A stretch of DNA of 57,958 nt, from positions 1 to 57,958 of IMG/VR virus record IMGVR_UViG_2778261152_000005, one strand, 5' to 3'. The translations under genes and the position numbers were made by a program. The DNA comes from a virus. Lineage: Duplodnaviria; Heunggongvirae; Uroviricota; Caudoviricetes. The notes beneath the pieces are model-generated. The model ran no database searches. It was given only the letters and a program-made list of their open reading frames with translations, and was not told the DNA's origin. This document shows, piece by piece, positions 1-8,950 of the stretch (position 1 is the first letter of the stretch; each line of letters starts with the position of its first letter).

Positions 1-1
1 C

Positions 2-1366
2 ACCACGCACCGCCCCGCCACCCTTCAGCACCTGCGTATCGGTGCCGACCAGAGCGGGAAAATCACAGCTATCTCACATGAAAGCTGGTCCGGAAACCTG
101 CCCGGCGGCACGCCGGAAACGGCGGTACAGCAAAGCGAATTACTCTACGCCGGGGCAAACCGTCATACCGGCCTGCGGCTCGCCACGCTTGATTTGCCGG
201 AAGGGAACGCCATGCGTGCGCCCGGCGAAGCCCCCGGTCTGATGGCGCTCGAAATCGCGATCGACGAACTGGCGGAAAAAGCGGGCATCGATCCCGTCGA
301 GTTTCGCATCCTGAATGACACTCAGGTTGACCCCGCCGACCCGACGCGCTGCTTCTCTCGCCGTCAGCTTATCGAGTGCTTGCGCACCGGAGCGGATAAA
401 TTTGGCTGGAAGCAGCGCAACGCCACACCCGGACAGGTGCGCGACGGGGAGTGGCTAGTCGGCCACGGTGTTGCGGCGGGCTTTCGCAATAATCTGCTGG
501 AAAAATCGGGTGCTCGGGTTCACCTCGAACAAAACGGCACCGTTACCGTAGAAACGGACATGACCGACATTGGCACCGGCAGCTACACCATTCTGGCCCA
601 GACGGCAGCGGAAATGCTTGGCGTACCGCTGGAGCAGGTTGCGGTTCACCTCGGCGATTCCAGTTTCCCGGTTTCTGCGGGTTCTGGTGGACAATGGGGC
701 GCGAATACCTCCACCTCCGGCGTTTACGCCGCCTGTATGAAGCTTCGCGAAATGATTGCCTCGGCAGTCGGGTTTGATCCTGAGCAGTCGCAGTTTGCCG
801 ACGGCAAGATTACCAACGGTACCCGAAGCGCCACGCTACATGAAGCCACCGCAGGCGGCAGACTGACAGCGGAAGAGAGCATTGAATTCGGAACACTGAG
901 CAAAGAGTACCAGCAGTCGACCTTTGCCGGGCATTTTGTGGAGGTCGGCGTGCATAGCGCGACGGGAGAAGTTCGGGTCCGGCGTATGCTCGCTGTGTGT
1001 GCTGCAGGACGCATCCTGAATCCGAAAACTGCGCGCAGCCAGGTCATTGGCGCAATGACTATGGGCATGGGCGCGGCACTGATGGAGGAGCTGGCGGTGG
1101 ATGACCGTTTGGGCTACTTCGTTAATCACGATATGGCGGGGTATGAGGTGCCGGTTCATGCGGATATCCCAAAACAGGAGGTGATTTTCCTGGATGATAC
1201 CGACCCCATATCCTCCCCGATGAAGGCCAAAGGTGTCGGTGAGCTGGGCCTGTGCGGCGTGAGCGCGGCTATCGCCAACGCGGTGTATAACGCCACCGGT
1301 ATTCGGGTACGGGATTATCCCATCACTCTGGATAAGCTGCTCGATAAGCTGCCGGATGTGGTTTAA
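2..1366 (+). CDS. paoC: aldehyde oxidoreductase molybdopterin-binding subunit PaoC (YagR), C-terminal part; 5' end lies outside the window
   Basis: Frame 2 is open from nt 2, with no stop before the first listed Met at 194. The C-terminus is of the xanthine-dehydrogenase/aldehyde-oxidase Mo-binding type (…KAKGVGELGLCGVSAAIANAVYNATGIRVRDYPITLDKLL…). An XdhC-like gene follows 9 nt later, as in E. coli paoC-paoD. Confidence 0.85.
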   Translation, partial: TTHRPATLQHLRIGADQSGKITAISHESWSGNLPGGTPETAVQQSELLYAGANRHTGLRLATLDLPEGNAMRAPGEAPGLMALEIAIDELAEKAGIDPVEFRILNDTQVDPADPTRCFSRRQLIECLRTGADKFGWKQRNATPGQVRDGEWLVGHGVAAGFRNNLLEKSGARVHLEQNGTVTVETDMTDIGTGSYTILAQTAAEMLGVPLEQVAVHLGDSSFPVSAGSGGQWGANTSTSGVYAACMKLREMIASAVGFDPEQSQFADGKITNGTRSATLHEATAGGRLTAEESIEFGTLSKEYQQSTFAGHFVEVGVHSATGEVRVRRMLAVCAAGRILNPKTARSQVIGAMTMGMGAALMEELAVDDRLGYFVNHDMAGYEVPVHADIPKQEVIFLDDTDPISSPMKAKGVGELGLCGVSAAIANAVYNATGIRVRDYPITLDKLLDKLPDVV

Positions 1367-1375
1367 GGAGGAACA

Positions 1376-2332
1376 ATGTCATACCCGCTTTTTGACAAAG
1401 ACGAACACTGGCATAAGCCAGAGCAGGCGTTTCTCACCGATGACCACCGGACCATTCTGCGCTTCGCCGTAGAGGCGCTAATGTCCGGTAAAGGAGCGGT
1501 GCTGGTGACGCTGGTGGAGATACGCGGCGGCGCGGCGCGCCCGCTCGGGGCGCAGATGGTGGTGCGCGAAGATGGTCGTTACTGCGGTTTTGTCTCTGGC
1601 GGCTGCGTGGAGGCCGCTGCCGCTTTTGAAGCGCTGGAGATGATGGGCTCAGGCCGCGATCGCGAAATTCGCTATGGCGAAGGTTCGCCGTGGTTTGACA
1701 TCGTTCTGCCCTGCGGCGGTGGGATCACGCTGACGCTCCATAAACTACGCTCGGCACAGCCTCTGCTCGCCGTGCTGAACCGCCTGGAACAGAGAAAACC
1801 GGTGGGGCTGCGCTACGATCCGCAAGCACAATCGCTGGTGTGCCTGCCCACGCAAACCCGGACGGGCTGGAATCTCAATGGCTTTGAGGTGGGGTTCAGG
1901 CCATGCGTCAGGCTGATGATTTACGGACGTTCTCTTGAGGCGCAGGCAACCGCGAGTCTTGCAGCAGCCACAGGCTATGACAGCCATATCTTCGATCTTT
2001 TTCCGGCCTCAGCCAGCGCTCAGATCGATACCGATACGGCGGTCATTTTGCTGTGCCATGATCTCAACCGGGAGCTGCCAGTGTTGCAGGCCGCGCGAGA
2101 AGCAAAACCCTTTTATCTCGGCGCATTGGGCAGCTATCGAACCCACACGTTACGTCTGCAAAAGCTCCACGAGCTGGGATGGTCCAGGGAGGAAACAACG
2201 CAAATCCGGGCACCCGTCGGGATATTCCCCAAAGCCCGGGATGCGCATACTCTGGCACTCTCCGTGCTGGCAGAAGTCGCCTCTGTACGTCTCCATCAGG
2301 AGGAGGATTCATGCCTGCCCCCGTCGTCCTGA
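1376..2332 (+). CDS. paoD: XdhC-family molybdenum-cofactor insertion chaperone PaoD (YagQ)
   Basis: 318-aa ORF with an aaggagg SD just upstream, tightly following paoC. The sequence is XdhC/CoxI-like (…VTLVEIRGGAARPLGAQMVV…GFVSGGCVE…). Confidence 0.85.
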   Translation: MSYPLFDKDEHWHKPEQAFLTDDHRTILRFAVEALMSGKGAVLVTLVEIRGGAARPLGAQMVVREDGRYCGFVSGGCVEAAAAFEALEMMGSGRDREIRYGEGSPWFDIVLPCGGGITLTLHKLRSAQPLLAVLNRLEQRKPVGLRYDPQAQSLVCLPTQTRTGWNLNGFEVGFRPCVRLMIYGRSLEAQATASLAAATGYDSHIFDLFPASASAQIDTDTAVILLCHDLNRELPVLQAAREAKPFYLGALGSYRTHTLRLQKLHELGWSREETTQIRAPVGIFPKARDAHTLALSVLAEVASVRLHQEEDSCLPPSS

Positions 2333-2721
2333 TCCTTGCGGCCGGGCGTGGAGAGCGCTTTCTCGCCTCCGGGGGAAATACCCATAAGTGTATCGGCTGG
2401 CGTCAGTCCCCGGAGGTTGCGCCTTATCGCTGGCCATTTGAAGAAAACGGGAGAACTTTCGACCTTGCGATTGAACCGCAGATTACGACTAATGATCTGC
2501 GTCTGATGTTGAGGCTGGCTCTTGCCGGCGGAGGAATAACAATTGCCACTCAGGAAACTTTCAGGCCATATATTGAAAGCGGTAAGCTTGTATCGCTGCT
2601 TGATGACTTTCTTCCACAATTTCCGGGCTTCTATCTGTATTTCCCACAGCGTCGCAATATTGCACCAAAGCTCCGCGCCCTGATTGACTACGTCAAAGAA
2701 TGGCGGCAGCAATTGGCTTAA
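2311..2721 (+). pseudogene. yagP: chimeric scar: first ~26 codons of a MobA/MocA-like nucleotidyltransferase (MPAPVVLILAAGRGERF…) fused to the C-terminal substrate-binding part of a LysR-family regulator (yagP-like)
   Basis: The ATG at 2311 overlaps the paoD end. The N-terminal ILAAGxGxRF motif changes abruptly, around nt 2390, to a LysR C-terminal sequence (…LRLALAGGGITIATQETFRPYIESGKLVSLLDDF…YLYFPQRRNIAPKLRALIDYV). There is no LysR HTH and no complete transferase. Confidence 0.6.
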
Positions 2722-2843
2722 ATGTCTGCACCTGCACTGCCTGATGTCAGAACAGTATTTTGATGAATTGCCAAGGTTACAATGGCACAAATACGGCACA
2801 GGAGGAAACGTGGTGTATTTAAATATGGGGTAACTCTTTGATT

Positions 2844-2873
2844 TTAATGGTGCCGATAATAGGAGTAAAACAC
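2844..2873 (-). repeat. att copy 1: 19-nt thrW 3'-end fragment (2848-2866) inside a 30-bp direct repeat (ptwF-like)
   Basis: ttaatggtgccgataataggagtaaaacac is identical to 15535-15564. tggtgccgataataggagt is the reverse complement of the tRNA-Thr(CGU) thrW 3' end …ACTCCTATTATCGGCACCA. Confidence 0.85.
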
Positions 2874-3008
2874 TCGATTAATCTCGTGTTAATGCCATCA
2901 CCTACGACCATTACTAATTGATTGAATCTTATAGAAAAATCATCATTTTCTATGCGTCACAATCAATTTTCACATTACAAACGCTCCGACACTTTAGCCG
3001 GAGATTTT

Positions 3009-4286
3009 ATGAGATACAAGCCTAACCAATACTTAATCTGTGATTCTTACGGTAACTACTATTTAAGGATAACGCTGCCTGTGTATATGCAGCCCTTTTT
3101 TGAAGGAAAAAGGACGTTTGTCAGAAGTCTACACACAAGTAATCTTCGTGTTGCACGTAGAAAGCGTGATCAGATTGCAGATGAATACCATTGCTTACGG
3201 GAGAGTGTCGCCCCTGTAAACAGCACAATAGAAAACACGCTGGAACTGTTACGCAGTAAGGCTAAATACGCCAAAACAGCTACCAGAATGCAAGATACAG
3301 CGTCTTCGTGTCCGTCATTGCTTAAAATTCTTGAAATCTACCTGACAATTAACAGCACGAAGAAGAAGCCAGCCACTTTAGCTAAGGCAAGAAAAGCGGT
3401 AGAGATGTTTCTCTCCTACCGTAAAAAGCCTGATATTGCATTGCAAGATGTAAGCCGCACCACTGTTACAGGCTGGATTGAACACATGCAAAAAACCCTT
3501 TCACAACAATCAATTGCAAATTATATCAGCCCAATGGCCCAGCTATGGGAATTAGCTTCATCACGTTACCACGATGCGCCAGAAAGGGCGCTCTCCCCCT
3601 GGCGAGGGCATAGGCTTGATGTGGCACAAAGTAGAGAGAGCTACGAGGCATTTTCTAACAAAGAGCTATTGCAGGTGTTGCAAGTATTTTCCGGTGATTC
3701 AGCAGAAAACAAAGAAATGATGGCTTTGTGTCTTATCGGTGCCTATACAGGTATGCGGATCAATGAGATAGCAAGTCTCACAATAGACGATGTGAAAGAG
3801 ATCGAAGGTGTGCTGTGTTTTGAAATCACACAGGGAAAGACGAAAGCAGCGGCACGTGTTGTGCCTGTACATAGCCTTATCACTCCGTTGGTGTTGTCGC
3901 TGCGTGAAAAGCCTCACAATGGCTTTTTGTTCTATCACGCCAGCATTACAGAGCGTGCTGATGGTAAACGTTCCACGTGGCATACGCAGAGATTTACAAG
4001 AGCTAAACGAAAGGCTTTAGGGGAAAAGGGAACAGAAAGGAAAGTGTTTCATTCTCTGAGACACGGAGTAGCACAGCTTCTTGATCGAAATCAAATTCCA
4101 GAAGACAGGATCGCCCTTCTCCTGGGCCATACACGCGGCAATACAGAAACATTCCGCACATATAGCAAGAATGCAGCTTCTCCAGTAGAGCTTAAAAAAT
4201 ATATTGAGCTTTTACGCTACCCTGAAATAGAGAAAGGCTTATCAATCAATAAAAAATCAAATTTAAGGCGTAAAACAACACTGTAG
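3009..4286 (+). CDS. tyrosine recombinase / phage integrase of element A
   Basis: The C-terminal catalytic signature is present: …GMRINEIASL… (Arg), HSLRHGVAQLL (HxxR), LLGHTRGN (His), FRTY (Tyr). An ATG at 3009 has a GGAG SD 5 nt upstream. The ORF track extends to a TTG at 2922. The gene sits next to att copy 1. Confidence 0.85.
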   Translation: MRYKPNQYLICDSYGNYYLRITLPVYMQPFFEGKRTFVRSLHTSNLRVARRKRDQIADEYHCLRESVAPVNSTIENTLELLRSKAKYAKTATRMQDTASSCPSLLKILEIYLTINSTKKKPATLAKARKAVEMFLSYRKKPDIALQDVSRTTVTGWIEHMQKTLSQQSIANYISPMAQLWELASSRYHDAPERALSPWRGHRLDVAQSRESYEAFSNKELLQVLQVFSGDSAENKEMMALCLIGAYTGMRINEIASLTIDDVKEIEGVLCFEITQGKTKAAARVVPVHSLITPLVLSLREKPHNGFLFYHASITERADGKRSTWHTQRFTRAKRKALGEKGTERKVFHSLRHGVAQLLDRNQIPEDRIALLLGHTRGNTETFRTYSKNAASPVELKKYIELLRYPEIEKGLSINKKSNLRRKTTL

Positions 4287-4293
4287 ACGTAAT

Positions 4294-4326
4294 AAAGAGG
4301 CTTCAATATAGACTGATGCCTCTTTT
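4294..4326. terminator. bidirectional rho-independent terminator between convergent genes
   Basis: The hairpin aaagaggc-N16-gcctcttt is flanked by A/T runs. It lies between the integrase stop (4286) and the stop of the 4367-5044 ORF. Confidence 0.6.
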
Positions 4327-4366
4327 ATGATTATCTCGTTACAGAGCGTTTCATAGGCGTTTAAGG

Positions 4367-5044
4367 CTATTGTTTAAATACTGGCGTTACAACGTCTTGC
4401 CCTGGGCTTTTTTGATTTTTCTGTTCTGTTGTATTTACCTGCATTTTAACCTGTCCCCCTACAGATTTATTTGGTGCTGTTTTTACCGCAATTGCGCTTG
4501 TAGTTGCTTTAGAGACAAGACGGATTTGCTCAAAATCAAGAGTAAACAATAGGCTTTCGCTTGCTTCTTCTGCGTAAGACATGCCAACTAACACAACGTT
4601 GTCATAATTTTTTAACTCAGTGACAAGTAGGAAAGGTTGGCGACTGTCCATCAACTGATTTAGGTATTCAAGCATAAGCATACGTCGATTGCCGTTAATT
4701 CCCGCATTCTTAATCATATCGGGATTGAGCTTCAATACGGTTTCAGAGATACGCCCTTGTAATGTGAACTTGTTATTCCGTATTTGAACATGATCACTAA
4801 CTTCTGATCCTGATTCGACGGCATAGCTTGTAACGTCTGCATTTCGGCTAACTTTCGTCGATTCCACGCTATCAAATGATAATGCCTGGTAGTCATTGTA
4901 AGCAGCATTTGCACCACTGCCGAGGTTAGAGGTAATGATCGCAAAGCCGTTACCCCCTTTAGTTGTTCTACCGTTGCTATCGTTGCTTGTGCTGTTGATT
5001 TTCGCCTCAGTCGGGCGACCAATGGTTAACGGACCCATTGCCAT
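4367..5044 (-). CDS. putative tail/baseplate (Dit-like) virion protein
   Basis: 225-aa ORF immediately downstream of the tape-measure-like gene. The motif …VTSYAVESGSEVSDHVQIRNNKFTLQGRISE… resembles the conserved core of small phage distal-tail/baseplate proteins. This rests on memory of the family only. Confidence 0.4.
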   Translation of the reverse strand: MAMGPLTIGRPTEAKINSTSNDSNGRTTKGGNGFAIITSNLGSGANAAYNDYQALSFDSVESTKVSRNADVTSYAVESGSEVSDHVQIRNNKFTLQGRISETVLKLNPDMIKNAGINGNRRMLMLEYLNQLMDSRQPFLLVTELKNYDNVVLVGMSYAEEASESLLFTLDFEQIRLVSKATTSAIAVKTAPNKSVGGQVKMQVNTTEQKNQKSPGQDVVTPVFKQ

Positions 5045-5091
5045 AATTTGTAATCCTTATTTAAGGGGGCTAAACCGCCCCACAGTGATGA

Positions 5092-6933
5092 TTAATAGGT
5101 TGACCCGCCTGACATAACACCCAGCGTTAATAGCTTGCTAAACTCAGCGGAAGATGCCTTTGATTTGAAGTCGATAAATTCGCTCAATCGTCCGGTGTCT
5201 GATTCGATAGTTAGCGGCACTTCTGCATTTACTTGTAATTCTGGATTGAAGTTAATAACAGGTGCAAAGGTGTGGGAAGGAGTCTTGATAGCTTGTTGTG
5301 CTGCACTCTGTTTCAGATTTGCAATGTTTTGTCCTTCGAGAGTGTATTGATTTACAGCCTGCGCCCCGCCTACCGTCTCTTCTGGCGTAAACCAGCCTTT
5401 AATAGTGTTAACCAGGGAATTGCTGTTATCTGGCTTAGTTGTTCCGGTGCCAGCGCCTTTATATTGGTTAGGAGTGAGATTAGAAAGATTCTGCTTCATT
5501 CCTTCGTTAGACAGTGGCGGTGCATCACCTAAATTCTTTTGAATAGCAGCCGTCTTCTCGTCGTTTTTCATCAGCCAGTTGATTGCTTTCATTACAGCGT
5601 TAACCAATCCGCCGATAGCCTCGCCTAATTTGGTAAACATTGGCAGCATTGCAACCATGCTCTTTTTAAACTCTTCAATCACTTTCGGATCAAGAGATTT
5701 CATAAAGCCATCAACAAAGGCGATCCCTTGTGAGTCAGAAAGCCCACTAAGTGCATTATTCAGTTCACGGAATTTAATAACGCTTTCCTGTTGTGCCTGC
5801 GTTACCCAGCGCCCTGATTCTCGTTGTTCTCGTGCTGATTGTTCCACTTCTTTAGCGGAGCGTGTCCAGTATTTAGAGGTGAGCATCAAATCATCAGCCA
5901 GATCTTCCAGACGACTACCGATTTGTGCATCTGAATAGCCTTTAGCTACCATTCCCTGAACTGCTTTACTAACCAGACCAGCCGGATTATCAGCAAAGTC
6001 TTTTAGATCCTTTTTAGTTAGGAATCCTTCATTCATTAAAGTATTGATGCCGCTATCGCCGCCCTTCCATTCTCCTTTACCAGTTTTCTTATCAACTACA
6101 TATTCAGCCTCATCATAAGATTTAGTAGCCTTCTCCCGTACATCTTTCATCTGATCGAGATACTTACGTTTACCTTGTTCGCCCATCATTGAATCAACGC
6201 CGTTTTTATAAGCCCATTGTTCAATATTGTTCATCTGGTTAACGTCTACACCGCCCAGCTTCGCACGGCTATACAATTCACCCAGCGTTTCAGCATTCGC
6301 AAAGCTGTTAGTAACAAATTCAGAGGCTTTGCTCATAGCCATATACGTAGCGCCAGCGCCTAAGCCACCCAGCATAACAGCCGCAGCACCGCCGCCAATA
6401 CTCCCGCTACCCTTAACAGGTGCATAGGCTTTAGCGTGAGCGTTACGATTGCCATTAATCTTACGTTGTTGCTGTTGTAGGCGTTTCATTTGGCTATTCA
6501 TACGTGCCAGACTAATAGCTCCTCTTTCATATTGGAGGGCAATTTCTCTAGCCTGTGCAATAGCTTTATATTGTTCCGCTACAGAAAGACGGTGCATTGC
6601 ACTAATGCTTGATCCAACGTCTAAAAGCTTTAATTCTGCCTTCTCTTTGCGTGCTGCCAGGGCTTTTTGTTCTCTTGCAACTACACGTTGAGCGGCTAAT
6701 TGTGCTTTAGCATTAGCTTTATCAGCCTGTGCTTGCTTTTTAGCAATATCGTCTACGTCTTTTTTTGCTTTAGCGGTTGATTGTTTATGTGTCTTAACAC
6801 GCAATTCTATATCTTTCACCGCCGCCATTTGTTTACGAAGTTTTTCTACTTCTGCTTTTGCTTTCTCTAATGATGGTCGGTTAACTTCGAAGGTGACAAC
6901 GTTCGAGAGGCGTGCCACGTTTAGCTCTAACAT
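5092..6933 (-). CDS. tape-measure-like protein
   Basis: 613 aa. It has an N-terminal Lys/Ala/Gln-rich coiled-coil region, a Gly-rich hydrophobic segment (GSIGGGAAAVMLGGLGAGATYMAM) and a long helical remainder. This composition is typical of phage tape measure proteins. Confidence 0.45.
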   Translation of the reverse strand: MLELNVARLSNVVTFEVNRPSLEKAKAEVEKLRKQMAAVKDIELRVKTHKQSTAKAKKDVDDIAKKQAQADKANAKAQLAAQRVVAREQKALAARKEKAELKLLDVGSSISAMHRLSVAEQYKAIAQAREIALQYERGAISLARMNSQMKRLQQQQRKINGNRNAHAKAYAPVKGSGSIGGGAAAVMLGGLGAGATYMAMSKASEFVTNSFANAETLGELYSRAKLGGVDVNQMNNIEQWAYKNGVDSMMGEQGKRKYLDQMKDVREKATKSYDEAEYVVDKKTGKGEWKGGDSGINTLMNEGFLTKKDLKDFADNPAGLVSKAVQGMVAKGYSDAQIGSRLEDLADDLMLTSKYWTRSAKEVEQSAREQRESGRWVTQAQQESVIKFRELNNALSGLSDSQGIAFVDGFMKSLDPKVIEEFKKSMVAMLPMFTKLGEAIGGLVNAVMKAINWLMKNDEKTAAIQKNLGDAPPLSNEGMKQNLSNLTPNQYKGAGTGTTKPDNSNSLVNTIKGWFTPEETVGGAQAVNQYTLEGQNIANLKQSAAQQAIKTPSHTFAPVINFNPELQVNAEVPLTIESDTGRLSEFIDFKSKASSAEFSKLLTLGVMSGGSTY

Positions 6934-6967
6934 GCTAATTGTTTCCCTGTATTATGATTGTTGTTTG

Positions 6968-7165
6968 TTATTGTTTTTTAGAGCAATAATATTGGATTGC
7001 TTCGAAAGTGCTACATCCAGTCTGAAAGACACGCTGACGCACATTATTTGCATCAATTGAAAGCATTCTGCATAAGGCACTGACATTGATTATTGAGTCA
7101 TCGCTAATAGCTGCCAGTTCTTTTACAGATTTAAGAATTAATGCCTGTGAATTTTCTGTATTCAT
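6968..7165 (-). CDS. hypothetical small protein
   Basis: 65-aa ORF in the same orientation, between the capsid-like and tape-measure-like genes. Confidence 0.4.
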   Translation of the reverse strand: MNTENSQALILKSVKELAAISDDSIINVSALCRMLSIDANNVRQRVFQTGCSTFEAIQYYCSKKQ

Positions 7166-7318
7166 TGGTTTTCTCTCACATATATATTTTTATTTGGGTT
7201 TGTAGACAGTAGAAAAACAAAAAGGGCAAAGAGATTCGTTACTGTATTTGCGCCTACAGGTTAGTTAATCCCTTTACCATTATTTTCCAGACGATGGGAA
7301 TCGTCTATTAATGCTTTA

Positions 7319-8350
7319 TTACGCAGCAGATCCGAAGATGATAGCTTGCGGAATGTTGTTTACTGGCAGATAAGATGTCTCAGTAACCACAGATGGGAAT
7401 TGGAATTCATCCTTGATTAGATATTGGTGATGCAACACGGCATCTTGACCTAACTCAGCATGACGCACACCAACGCCGCTATGAAGCTGGTAACACTGTG
7501 CCGCTTTATCCATTACCGGGACAATTGCGAAACCGTTCTCTCCGATGTGAGCAACAATCTCAGGAAACATTGACACATCAATAACAGTGATCCCACCAAT
7601 CTGGAAAGAGTCATAGGCTGGGTTAGAATCAACCATACGGGTAAACAGGGCCGTAGCACTCGCATCGCCTGCATATTTCACCATGTCACTGATCAGCGGG
7701 TTAGATGACAAACCATCAGCAGCAGCGCCAGCAGCAAAGATAATTACACCAGTTCGCTTTGCAGCAAGACCAGACCCCAGCTTTTCACTCTGTAAGCGCA
7801 CCGCTTTACGAATAGCAAGGAACGGGTTAACAGTAGTCGATGCAAAGTCGATAGCGGGTACCGTGGTTTTAGCCTGACCGTCGAGGAAGTCGAGATCACC
7901 TTGTCCGGCATATTCAGATTCAACTTTCAGTCCCAGCAGCGCGGTAATCAGATCCACTTCAACACGGTTTGCGTGTGAACGGTAATGAGCCTCAGAGAAA
8001 TCATTAACCGCTACCAGCATAGCATCAGAACGGTTTGGATATTGGCGGCTGTATTGTTCCAGGTCACGAGAAGTAACAGCGTTAATACTGCCGACGTGTT
8101 TCATCTGGAAAAGTTTGTTTGACCATTCCTGACGTTTAGAAGCGTTCCAGTTGCTTTGAGTGTAAGGCGAGGTTTCCCCGGCTACCTGCACAAACTGCTC
8201 AATCAGGTCGGTAAGAAGAATGCTGTTTTCTGTATGATATTGCACATCGAACAGATCGAGATTAGTAATCAGGGTATTAAGTGCATTCTCATAAGCAAAT
8301 GGAGTTACTACCGCAGTATTAACGCCAAAATATGTTGATAAATCATTCAT
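7319..8350 (-). CDS. putative major capsid protein (lambda gpE-size class)
   Basis: 343 aa, directly preceded by a ~127-aa gene. This matches the decoration-then-capsid order and sizes of lambda D/E. There is no other long ORF on either strand here. The assignment rests on size, order and general composition only. Confidence 0.45.
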   Translation of the reverse strand: MNDLSTYFGVNTAVVTPFAYENALNTLITNLDLFDVQYHTENSILLTDLIEQFVQVAGETSPYTQSNWNASKRQEWSNKLFQMKHVGSINAVTSRDLEQYSRQYPNRSDAMLVAVNDFSEAHYRSHANRVEVDLITALLGLKVESEYAGQGDLDFLDGQAKTTVPAIDFASTTVNPFLAIRKAVRLQSEKLGSGLAAKRTGVIIFAAGAAADGLSSNPLISDMVKYAGDASATALFTRMVDSNPAYDSFQIGGITVIDVSMFPEIVAHIGENGFAIVPVMDKAAQCYQLHSGVGVRHAELGQDAVLHHQYLIKDEFQFPSVVTETSYLPVNNIPQAIIFGSAA

Positions 8351-8364
8351 TATTATTTTCCTTG

Positions 8365-8748
8365 TTAAGTCGTAGGGATCGCAAGTTCTTCATAACCAGC
8401 AATTACAAAGCCGAGAGATTGCAGTTTTGCAATAACACTTGCCTTTTCCATGCTGTTAAATTCAATCCCATCTTCAGCCAGAATAACGAAAGTAGGATGT
8501 GCAACCACTACGCTTTCCTGTCCTTCATAAGCCGGTTCAACTACTACGTGAGCAATATCAGAAGCGGTTGTTGCTTTGGTGCCATCGGCTTTCAGCAAAG
8601 CCCCGACAATAAGATCGTCAGTGAGAGGTGAAGCCAGTTTGACGAGGCGATCTTGCAGCACTGGATCAGCAGCGTAAGCTACTACCTTACAGCGTGAACG
8701 GGAGTTATCCGCATTCACTGCTTTTAATTTTCCATATGGGTTAGCCAT
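8365..8748 (-). CDS. putative head decoration protein (gpD-like)
   Basis: 127-aa ORF ending 14 nt before the capsid-like gene. Size and position match head-decoration genes. The assignment is weak. Confidence 0.35.
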   Translation of the reverse strand: MANPYGKLKAVNADNSRSRCKVVAYAADPVLQDRLVKLASPLTDDLIVGALLKADGTKATTASDIAHVVVEPAYEGQESVVVAHPTFVILAEDGIEFNSMEKASVIAKLQSLGFVIAGYEELAIPTT

Positions 8749-8752
8749 AAGA

Positions 8753-8950
8753 TTATTTTCCTTTCAGTTGTTTAATTTTAGATTTAAGGGCATCAGCAAG
8801 ACTAACCGCATCAGCCGATTTAAATAATTGAGCAGTGGTAGAACGAAGACTTTCGGGAGTAACTCACAACAGTGCGGCAACCTTAATGAGGTTTTCATCA
8901 CTAACAATCATCGTTTCCCCGTCTTTGCTGATAATCATTTCTTGTTTCAT
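8753..8950 (-). pseudogene. 66-codon reading frame interrupted by one in-frame TGA (codon 29; tca at 8864-8866 on the + strand)
   Basis: MKQEMIISKDGETMIVSDENLIKVAALL*VTPESLRSTTAQLFKSADAVSLADALKSKIKQLKGK. The frame is unchanged across the TGA. It ends at a TAA 4 nt before the ATG of the decoration-like gene. Confidence 0.35.

Noticed and set aside
42-242. 66-aa ORF at the window start
   Set aside because: It is out of frame within paoC, whose frame is open from nt 2 and matches a conserved enzyme.
2179-2721. 180-aa track ORF spanning the paoD 3' end and the yagP scar
   Set aside because: Its first 44 codons are an out-of-frame reading of paoD. Only the part from the ATG at 2311 is meaningful, and that part is itself a chimeric pseudogene.
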